The position numbers and the translations under genes are program-made. A stretch of DNA of 64,000 nucleotides from Thauera sp. (GTDB taxonomy: Bacteria; Pseudomonadota; Gammaproteobacteria; Burkholderiales; Rhodocyclaceae), in assembly GCF_035444905.1 (NCBI RefSeq), contig NZ_DAOMPS010000014.1, positions 4,439-68,438 on the forward strand, in the 5' to 3' direction. How positions within the stretch are numbered: the stretch's first letter is position 1; every line of letters begins with the position of its first letter. The notes under the pieces are model-generated. The model worked only from the letters and a program-made list of their open reading frames with translations. It made no database searches and was not told where the DNA came from. Positions 16,299-23,436 of the stretch are shown here, piece after piece.

Positions 16299-17357
16299 AT
16301 GGACTTCACCTTCACCGACGACCAGCTCACCTTCCGCGAGGCGGTGAGCCGCTTCCTGATGACCGAGGCCGCCCCCGAGCGGCTGCGCGAGATCTGGGAC
16401 ACCGACACCGGGCGCTCGCCCGAGCTGCGCAAGAACATCGCCGAGCAGGGCCTGACCGCGCTGTCGGTGCCCGAGGACTGCGGCGGCCTGGGCATGGACG
16501 ACGTCGCCTGGGCGCTGATGACGCAGGAGCTCGGCTACTACGCCCTGCCGGATTCGCTCGCCGATGCCGCCTACGTCGCCGCCGGCCTCGTCACCGCGCT
16601 GCCTGCCGGCACCGCGTCGCGCGAGGAATGGCTCGCCCGCATTGCCGAGGGCAGCATCCGCATCGCGGTCGGCCATCCGGTCAACCCGCTGGTGGCCGAC
16701 GCCAACCCGGCCAACCTGCTGCTGCTCGCCGACGGCGACGCGGTGCATGCCGTGCCGCGCGAGCAGGTCGAGGTCGAGGCCAACCCCAGCATCGACCTGT
16801 CGCGCCGCCTGGCGCGCGTGCGCTGGACGCCGGCCGCCGCCACCCTGATCGCCGACGGCGAGAGCGGGCGCGCGCTGTGGGCGCAGACGCTCAACCGCGG
16901 CGTGCTGTCGGCCGCCGGCCAGCTGCTCGGCCTGGCGCAGCGCATGCTGGACCTGTCGGTCGACTACGTCGCCCAGCGCAAGCAGTTCGGCAAGCCGATC
17001 GGCAGCTTCCAGGCGGTCAAGCACCACCTCGCCGACGTCGCGACGAAGATCGAATTCGCCAAGCCGGTGCTGTACCGCGCCGCCTACGCGCTCGCGCACG
17101 GCGAGGCCGGTGCCGATGCGCGTGTCTCGCACGCCAAGCTCGCCTGCGGCGAAGCCGCCTGGCTGGCCGCGCGCCATGGCATCCAGGTGCACGGCGCGAT
17201 GGGCTACACCTGGGAAGTCGATCTGCAGATGTTCATGAAGCGCGCCTGGGCGCTCGATGCGTCCTGGGGCGACCGCGGCTTCCACAAGGCGCGGGTCGCC
17301 GATGCGATCCTGGTCGAGGGCGCCGTCCTCGGTCCCGGCCACACTTTCGAGGAATGA
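16299..17357 (+). CDS. Acyl-CoA dehydrogenase-fold partner subunit (lacks GTxEIQ catalytic-base motif)
   Basis: 352 aa with an ACAD fold (QVHGAMGYTWEVDLQMFMKRAW) but no YxGTxEIQ segment. It is adjacent to a catalytic-type ACAD. Confidence 0.88.
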   Translation: MDFTFTDDQLTFREAVSRFLMTEAAPERLREIWDTDTGRSPELRKNIAEQGLTALSVPEDCGGLGMDDVAWALMTQELGYYALPDSLADAAYVAAGLVTALPAGTASREEWLARIAEGSIRIAVGHPVNPLVADANPANLLLLADGDAVHAVPREQVEVEANPSIDLSRRLARVRWTPAAATLIADGESGRALWAQTLNRGVLSAAGQLLGLAQRMLDLSVDYVAQRKQFGKPIGSFQAVKHHLADVATKIEFAKPVLYRAAYALAHGEAGADARVSHAKLACGEAAWLAARHGIQVHGAMGYTWEVDLQMFMKRAWALDASWGDRGFHKARVADAILVEGAVLGPGHTFEE

Positions 17358-18523
17358 AGATGCGGGAAGCTTCCAATCAAGCCTACATTGTCGATGCCCT
17401 GCGCAGCCCCACCGGCAAGCGCAAGGGCGGTCTGTCCCACGTGCATGCGATCGACCTCGGTGCGCATGTCCTCAAGGCGCTGGTCGAGCGCAACGCCATT
17501 CCCGCCGACGAGTACGACGACGTGATCTTCGGCTGCGTCGACACCATCGGCTCGCAGGCGGGCGACATCGCGCGCACCGCGTGGCTGGCCGCCGGCCTGC
17601 CGCTGAACGTGCCCGGCACCACGGTGGACCGTCAGTGCGGCTCCTCGCAGCAGGCGGTGCACTTCGCCGCCCAGGCGGTGATGAGCGGCACCCAGGACGT
17701 GGTGGCGGTCGGCGGCGTGCAGACCATGACGCAGATCCCGATCTCGTCGGCCATGCTCGCCGGGCAGCCGCTCGGCTTTCCCGACCCGTTCTCGGGCAGC
17801 AAGGGCTGGAAGGCGCGCTTCGGCGACCAGCCGGTGAACCAGTTCTATTCCGCGCAGCGCATCGCCGACCACTGGCAGTGCAGCCGCCGCGACATGGAGG
17901 TCTATGCGCTCGAGAGCCACCGCCGCGCGCTGGCAGCGATCGCCGAGGGTCGTTTCGAGCGCGAAATCGTCGGCCTGGAGGGCGTGACGAGGGACGAGAC
18001 GCCGCGCGTGTCCACGCTCGAGAAGATGGCCGAGTTGGAACCGGTCGGCCCCGAGTACCCGTCGATCACCGCCGCGGTGTCGAGCCAGACCTGCGACGCC
18101 TCCGCTGCGCTGCTGGTGGTGTCCGAGGCCGCGCTCAAGCGCTACAACCTGACCCCGCGCGCGCGCATCCACCACCTGTCGGTGATGGGCGACGACCCGA
18201 TCTGGCACCTCACCGCGCCGATCCCCGCCACCCGCGCCGCGCTCAAGAAGGCCGGCATGCGCATGAGCGACATCGACGTGGTCGAGATCAACGAGGCCTT
18301 CGCCTCGGTGGTCATGGCCTGGCAGAAGGAACTCGACTACGACCCCGCGCGCATGAACCCCAACGGCGGCGCCATCGCCCTGGGCCACCCGCTCGGCGCC
18401 ACCGGCGCCCGCCTGATGACCGCGCTGCTGCACGAGCTCGAGCGCAGTGGCGGCCGTTATGGCCTGCAGACCATGTGCGAAGGTGGCGGCCAGGCCAACG
18501 TGACCATCATTGAACGCTTGTAA
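17354..18523 (+). CDS. Thiolase (acetyl-CoA C-acyltransferase)
   Basis: Tail of track ORF 16628..18523. ATG 17354 overlaps the preceding stop. It has [28 protein letters not shown] and CEGGGQANV. Confidence 0.92.
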   Translation: MKMREASNQAYIVDALRSPTGKRKGGLSHVHAIDLGAHVLKALVERNAIPADEYDDVIFGCVDTIGSQAGDIARTAWLAAGLPLNVPGTTVDRQCGSSQQAVHFAAQAVMSGTQDVVAVGGVQTMTQIPISSAMLAGQPLGFPDPFSGSKGWKARFGDQPVNQFYSAQRIADHWQCSRRDMEVYALESHRRALAAIAEGRFEREIVGLEGVTRDETPRVSTLEKMAELEPVGPEYPSITAAVSSQTCDASAALLVVSEAALKRYNLTPRARIHHLSVMGDDPIWHLTAPIPATRAALKKAGMRMSDIDVVEINEAFASVVMAWQKELDYDPARMNPNGGAIALGHPLGATGARLMTALLHELERSGGRYGLQTMCEGGGQANVTIIERL

Positions 18524-18537
18524 GAGAAGGGATCGAC

Positions 18538-19413
18538 ATGGGTATTTGTGAAGGACGCACCGTCATCATCACCGGCGCCGGCGGCGGCCTGGGCCGCGCC
18601 TATGCGCTGGCCTTCGCGGCCGAGGGCGCCAACGTGGTGGTCAACGACATCCGCAAGGAAGCCGCCGACGCCGTCGTGGCCGAGATCACCGCGGCAGGCG
18701 GCAAGGCGATCGCCAACGCCGACGACATCACCCGCATCGACACCGCGCAGCAGATCGTCGACGCCGCCGTGGCGGCCTTCGGCGAGGTGCACGTCGTCGT
18801 CAACAACGCCGGCATCCTGCGCGACCGCATGTTCATCAGCCTGTCCGAGGACGACTGGGACCAGGTCATGCGGGTGCACCTGAAGGGCCACTTCTGCCTC
18901 GCCAACATCCTCGGGAAGCGCTGGCGCGACCAGGCCAAGGCCGGCAACAGGATCGCCGCGCGCATCATCAACACCAGCTCCGGCGCCGGCCTGCAGGGCT
19001 CGGTCGGGCAGTCCAACTATGCAGCGGCCAAGGGCGGCATCGCCGCGCTCACCCTGGTGCAGGCTGCCGAGCTGGCGCGCTACGGCGTCACCGCCAACGC
19101 GCTCGCCCCGGCCGCGCGCACCTCGATGACCGAGAGCGCGATGCCCGACGTGGTCAAGGCGCCCGAGAGCGGCTTCGACGCCTGGGCGGCGGAGAACGTG
19201 GCCCCGCTGGTGGTGTGGCTGGGCAGCGGACAGTCCTCGCACGTCACCGGCCAGGTGTTCGAGAGCCAGGGCGGTCGCATCTCGGTGTGCGACGGCTGGC
19301 GCACCGGTCCGCAGAAGGACAAGGGCGCGCGGCTGACGGTGCAGGAAGCCGGGGCCATGGTCGATGAACTGATGAAGCAGGCCGTGCCTGCGCAGAAGGT
19401 ATGGGGAACCTGA
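18538..19413 (+). CDS. SDR, MFE-2/Hsd4A-like hydroxyacyl-CoA dehydrogenase type
   Basis: It has ITGAGGGLGRAYA, NNAGILRD and YAAAKGGIAAL. Confidence 0.88.
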   Translation: MGICEGRTVIITGAGGGLGRAYALAFAAEGANVVVNDIRKEAADAVVAEITAAGGKAIANADDITRIDTAQQIVDAAVAAFGEVHVVVNNAGILRDRMFISLSEDDWDQVMRVHLKGHFCLANILGKRWRDQAKAGNRIAARIINTSSGAGLQGSVGQSNYAAAKGGIAALTLVQAAELARYGVTANALAPAARTSMTESAMPDVVKAPESGFDAWAAENVAPLVVWLGSGQSSHVTGQVFESQGGRISVCDGWRTGPQKDKGARLTVQEAGAMVDELMKQAVPAQKVWGT

Positions 19414-19414
19414 C

Positions 19415-21001
19415 ATGAGCGAGCAGGCGGTGGAGCAGGGGCGTCGTGATTTCCTGAAGGCGGGTGCAGCGCTCGGTGGCGCGGCGGCTGTGGGTCTGAG
19501 TGGGGCCAAAGCGGCTGGTGCTGCGGGTACGGCTGCGGCGGCCACGCCTGCGGCTCTGCCACTGCCCGAGTACGAGCAGTGGGACGCGACCGAGATCGCG
19601 CTGCGCATCCGCCGCGGCGACGTCAAGCCGAGCGAGGTGCTCGAGGCGGCGATCGCCCGCGCCGAGGCCTACGCGGCGATCAACGCGGTCACCGTGCCGC
19701 ACTTCGATCTCGCTCGCGAGGCTGCTCGCGCGCTCGACGCGGCCGGGCAGGCTGAGCGCGCGGCGCGCCCGGCCTTGTCCGGCGTGCCGTTCGCGCTCAA
19801 GGACCTCGGCATCGCCCTCAAGGGCACGGTCACCACCAACGGCTGCGCCTTCTTCCAGGACGCCGTCGCCGACCACGATTCCACCCTGGTGCAGCGCTAC
19901 CAGGCGGCGGGCCTCAACATCTTCGCCAAGCTCGCCTCGCCCGAGTTCGGCCAGACCGCCTCCACCGAATCGCGCCTGTTCGGCGCCACCCGCAACCCCT
20001 GGGATCTGGAGCGCAGCTCCGGCGGTTCCTCGGGCGGCGCCTCGGCGGCGGTGGCCGCGGGCGTGCTGCCGGCGGCGCATGCGAGCGACGGCGGCGGCTC
20101 GATCCGCATCCCGGCCTCGCACTGCGGCCTGTTCGGCCTCAAGCCCAGCCGCGGCCTCATCCCGATGGGCCCGAAGTCACTCGAAGGCTGGCTCGGCCTG
20201 TCCGCGCACAACGTGATCAGCCGCAGCGTGCGCGATACCGCGCTGCTGATGCAGCTCAGCCAGGGCGCCGAGCCCGGCGCGCGCACCCTGCCGCCCACCG
20301 CAGACCTGCTCGCGGCGCTCGAGCAGGCACCGCGCGGACTCAGGATCGGCCTGTTCCAGGCCAACCTGTTCGGCGCCGGCGTGCACGCGGAGTGCATCGA
20401 GGCGTCCAACAAGGCGGCCACGCTGTGCACCAGCCTCGGCCACCACGTCGAGCCGATCGACCTGTCGGCACTGCCCTTCCTCGAGATGGCGGGCAGCATG
20501 GGCGTCGTCACCGCCAGCGGCATGCTCTACACCGTACAGGCGCGCGAGAAGGCCATCGGCCGCGAGGCGCGCGAGGACGAGTTCGAGCCGATCGACTGGC
20601 AAAGCATGCAGAAGGCGAAGACCTACACCGCGCAGCAGGTCTTTGCCGCGCGCACGGTGTTCGATCGGGGTGGCCGCGTGTTCGATGAGCTGTTCTCGCG
20701 CTACGACCTGATCCTGTCGCCGACCACGGCCGCGCTGCCGCCCAAGCTCGGCGAGCTCTCGCTCGACCAGCCCTTCGAGAACTTCGCGCGCCGGGCGGTG
20801 CTGGCCTCGGCCTTCACCTCGATGTTCAACATGACCGGCCTGCCGGCGATGTCGGTGCCGCTGCACTGGAGCGCGGAAGGCCTGCCGATCGGCGTGCAGT
20901 TCGCCGCGCCCTATGGTGGCGAGGCGCGCCTGATCGCACTGGCCGCGCAGCTCGAGAAGGCCGCGCCGTGGGCAGACCGCCGGCCGCCGGCGCTGGCTTG
21001 A
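19415..21001 (+). CDS. Amidase-signature enzyme with twin-arginine (Tat) signal peptide
   Basis: The N-terminus has GRRDFLKAGAALGGAAAVG followed by an Ala-rich region. It also has the amidase signature GGSSGGASAAVAAG and SDGGGSIRIPA. Confidence 0.9.
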   Translation: MSEQAVEQGRRDFLKAGAALGGAAAVGLSGAKAAGAAGTAAAATPAALPLPEYEQWDATEIALRIRRGDVKPSEVLEAAIARAEAYAAINAVTVPHFDLAREAARALDAAGQAERAARPALSGVPFALKDLGIALKGTVTTNGCAFFQDAVADHDSTLVQRYQAAGLNIFAKLASPEFGQTASTESRLFGATRNPWDLERSSGGSSGGASAAVAAGVLPAAHASDGGGSIRIPASHCGLFGLKPSRGLIPMGPKSLEGWLGLSAHNVISRSVRDTALLMQLSQGAEPGARTLPPTADLLAALEQAPRGLRIGLFQANLFGAGVHAECIEASNKAATLCTSLGHHVEPIDLSALPFLEMAGSMGVVTASGMLYTVQAREKAIGREAREDEFEPIDWQSMQKAKTYTAQQVFAARTVFDRGGRVFDELFSRYDLILSPTTAALPPKLGELSLDQPFENFARRAVLASAFTSMFNMTGLPAMSVPLHWSAEGLPIGVQFAAPYGGEARLIALAAQLEKAAPWADRRPPALA

Positions 21002-21011
21002 TTGATCGCAG

Positions 21012-21302
21012 TCAGAGGTGGCGGCCGGTGTCCATGCGCTCATGCAGTACGCGCATCACAACGGTCACCCCCTGATCGATGCAGAAATAGACCCAGTGGT
21101 GTTCTACCCGCCAGCGCCGGTAGCCCTTGCGGATATGTTCGCAAGCCGGCGCGGAGAGGGGCTCCCGGGCAAACTGTTCGAAGGCTGCGTTGAGGAGATC
21201 GAGGTATCGCTCTGCCTGCGCAGCGCTCCATCGCCGCGCTGTGTAGCGCCAGATGTCTTCCAGATCTCGAACCGCGGCTGGCGAGAGTTGGAACTCAGCG
21301 AT
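21012..21302 (-). CDS. parE: ParE-family toxin reading frame with no canonical start codon (ATC at the expected ATG)
   Basis: Not in the ORF track. The reverse frame reads (I)AEFQLSPAAVRDLEDIWRYTARRWSAAQAERYLDLLNAAFEQFAREPLSAPACEHIRKGYRRWRVEHHWVYFCIDQGVTVVMRVLHERMDTGRHL-stop. An in-frame TGA lies 3 codons upstream of the ATC. The first ATG comes only 14 codons before the stop. Confidence 0.6.
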   Translation of the reverse strand: MAEFQLSPAAVRDLEDIWRYTARRWSAAQAERYLDLLNAAFEQFAREPLSAPACEHIRKGYRRWRVEHHWVYFCIDQGVTVVMRVLHERMDTGRHL

Positions 21303-21392
21303 GCTCGGCGTTCATGCGTGCTTTGAAGGCCTCAAGATCAAAGGGCTGTGCGGGTCCGCTGTTCTCGCCCTCGATCAGAGCAGCACGGATCG
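21255..21392. repeat. Direct repeat copy A (parE 5-prime end / parD 3-prime end), paired with 23299..23436
   Basis: By-eye ungapped alignment to 23299..23436 gives about 80% identity, for example ATCTCGAACCGC and TTCATGCGTGCTTTGAAGGC...TCCGCTGTTCTCGCCCTCG. Confidence 0.8.
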
Positions 21393-21540
21393 CTTCGGTT
21401 TGCGCCGTGCCCGCCTGCTCGCGACGAATCAGGTCGCGGATGTACTCGCTGTCGTTGGTGTAATGCCCCGCCTCGATCTGCGCTTTGATCCAGCGATCCT
21501 GCTGGTCGGTCAAGGTGATGGTCTTGCGTACGACGGACAT
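21295..21540 (-). CDS. parD: ParD-family (RHH/CopG) antitoxin
   Basis: 81 aa: MSVVRKTITLTDQQDRWIKAQIEAGHYTNDSEYIRDLIRREQ... It lies immediately upstream of the ParE frame and overlaps it. Confidence 0.88.
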   Translation of the reverse strand: MSVVRKTITLTDQQDRWIKAQIEAGHYTNDSEYIRDLIRREQAGTAQTEAIRAALIEGENSGPAQPFDLEAFKARMNAEHR

Positions 21541-21717
21541 GATGATCTCCTGGAGAAAGCGACTTTAATCATACTATCGGTGCAGAGCTTGTCTATATTG
21601 ATGTTGGGTTGCTTGTCACCACGGTGTACCCAAGTGGCGGACTCGACTATTCCGAGCTGGCGGCAGAGCAGGTTGGATATACTCGTTTTGTCGCGTATAT
21701 CTTATTGAGGTGCAACC

Positions 21718-21960
21718 ATGCATGTCGCCAAATGGGGCAATTCGCTCGCCGTCCGCCTGCCTGCGGCGGTGGTTCAGGCCCTGGATCTGAAGGAAGGGGA
21801 AGAGATCGAGCTGCATGTCGCTGGCGAGCGCTCTCTCGAGGTCGCGCGCAAGACGCCGCCACAGGAACTGGTGGCCCGCCTGCGCCGCCTTCGTGGCAGG
21901 CTTCCTGCGGACTTCCGCTTCGACCGCCTCGAGGCCAACGATGCCGACCGCGAGCGCTGA
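21718..21960 (+). CDS. vapB: AbrB/SpoVT-family antitoxin (VapB-type)
   Basis: MHVAKWGNSLAVRLPAAVVQALDLKEGEEIEL. Its end overlaps the PIN gene by 20 nt. Confidence 0.85.
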   Translation: MHVAKWGNSLAVRLPAAVVQALDLKEGEEIELHVAGERSLEVARKTPPQELVARLRRLRGRLPADFRFDRLEANDADRER

Positions 21961-22363
21961 ACCAACCCGCCGGGTATTTCTCGACACCAACGTTGTGCTC
22001 TACCTGCTGTCCGCCGACGAGCGCAAGGCGAACATGGCCGAAGCGCTGCTGGCACAGGGTGGCCTGGTCAGCGTGCAGGTACTGACCGAGGCCGCGTCGG
22101 TCTGCCTGCGCAAGCTCAACCTGCCCTGGCCCGAGGTCCGCGAACTGCTCGACGCAGTGAAAGCCTGCTGCGAGGTGCTCCCGCTCACGCTTCCCGTCCA
22201 TGAACGCGCGCTGTATCTCGCGGAGCGGTATCGGCTATCGCTTTACGACGCGCTGATCTGCGCGGCGGCTCAGAGCGCCGGTGCCGAAGTGCTTTACACC
22301 GAGGACTTGCAGGACGGTCTGGTGCTCGATGGCCTGACCGTCCGCAATCCTTGCAATGGTTGA
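21941..22363 (+). CDS. vapC: PIN-domain toxin (VapC-type)
   Basis: Track ORF 21815..22363 trimmed to ATG 21941. It has VFLDTNVVLY, YDALICAAA and YTEDLQ acidic residues in PIN spacing. Confidence 0.87.
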   Translation: MPTASAEPTRRVFLDTNVVLYLLSADERKANMAEALLAQGGLVSVQVLTEAASVCLRKLNLPWPEVRELLDAVKACCEVLPLTLPVHERALYLAERYRLSLYDALICAAAQSAGAEVLYTEDLQDGLVLDGLTVRNPCNG

Positions 22364-22536
22364 TGCCCTGTTGCCTGATTCTTTGCGGAGACCTTCCTGG
22401 CTCTGCGCGGGCGGATCGCCTATTCGGCAGTCTGCTCATCGAAGCGGATGATGTGGGCCTGGCTGGGCCTCTCCGCGGATGACAAACCGAAGCAGCGGCG
22501 TTGAAGTGGAGCAATCAGTGCACTACACTCCGATGC

Positions 22537-22764
22537 ATGCCGATCCTGCAACGCTTCAACGACGTACGTGTTCTGATGTACCTGAGCGACCATCCCCCGC
22601 CCCATGTGCACGTGAAGCTGCGTGACGGCAGGGAGTGCACCGTTGATATCGACGACGGCGTAATCAAGGGCCGGGTGTCCGAACGCGAAATACGTGAAGC
22701 GCTGGCCTGGATCGAAACGAACCGGGATTTCCTGTTCGACGAATGGCGGAGGAACAACCCGTGA
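22537..22764 (+). CDS. DUF4160-family small protein
   Basis: Track ORF 22501 (TTG) trimmed to ATG 22537. It has the hallmark LSDHPPPHVHV. Confidence 0.8.
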   Translation: MPILQRFNDVRVLMYLSDHPPPHVHVKLRDGRECTVDIDDGVIKGRVSEREIREALAWIETNRDFLFDEWRRNNP

Positions 22765-23255
22765 GCGATTACTTTTTCCCGAAGCTGACAGCCGTTGTGG
22801 CGCTGGCACCCTACCGCCTGCGCACCACCTGGAGCACGGGTGAAGTGCTGGAGGTCGATGTGGGCGAAATCCTGCGCGAGGTCCCAGCGCTCGCACCCAT
22901 CCTCGAACCCGAGGTGTTTGCGCGTGCGCATATCGCCGAGTGGGGCGGCGGCATCGAGTGGTTCGATACCGAGTTTGGCGAGGACAACGTCTATGCGTGG
23001 GCCAAGGAGCAGGCCGGTGAAGTCAGTCATGAAATGTTCGGCGACTGGATGCACCGTAACGATCTGTCGCTGACCACGGCGGCCGAGGCGCTCGGCATCA
23101 GCCGCCGCATGGTGAGCTACTACCGCACCGCGCACAAAGCCATTCCGCGTTCCATCTGGCTGGCCTGCCTCGGTTGGGAAGTCACTCGACCGACGACGAA
23201 GACACTGCCGCGTACCTTGCCGACGGTACGCGAGTACGCTGCCGCGCGTGCTTGA
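22761..23255 (+). CDS. DUF2442-like protein with C-terminal HTH extension
   Basis: GTG 22761 has GGAGG 8 nt upstream and forms a GTGA overlap with the DUF4160 stop. ATG 22743 is the alternative start. The C-terminal part LSLTTAAEALGISRRMVSYYRTAHKAIP looks like an XRE-type HTH. Confidence 0.72.
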   Translation: MSDYFFPKLTAVVALAPYRLRTTWSTGEVLEVDVGEILREVPALAPILEPEVFARAHIAEWGGGIEWFDTEFGEDNVYAWAKEQAGEVSHEMFGDWMHRNDLSLTTAAEALGISRRMVSYYRTAHKAIPRSIWLACLGWEVTRPTTKTLPRTLPTVREYAAARA

Positions 23256-23295
23256 GCCTGAAGGCCTCATCGCCTGATCTGGACGCGAACGGTGG

Positions 23296-23340
23296 TCAGT
23301 CTTCGATATCTCGAACCGCTGCTGGAGAGCGTTCAAACTC
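23296..23340 (-). pseudogene. Truncated parE remnant (14 codons)
   Basis: The reverse frame EFERSPAAVRDIED-stop aligns to the N-terminus of the ParE frame at 21302 (EFQLSPAAVRDLED). It lies just downstream of the hsdS-parD fusion stop. Confidence 0.55.
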
Positions 23341-23436
23341 AGTCGTGCTCCGCCTTCATGCGTGCTTTGAAGGCTGCCAGGTCAAAGGGCTGCTGCGGTC
23401 CGCTGTTCTCGCCCTCGCGCAGCGCAGCGCCGATCG
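23299..23436. repeat. Direct repeat copy B, paired with 21255..21392
   Basis: See copy A. It covers the parE stump and the last roughly 32 codons of the hsdS ORF. Confidence 0.8.
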
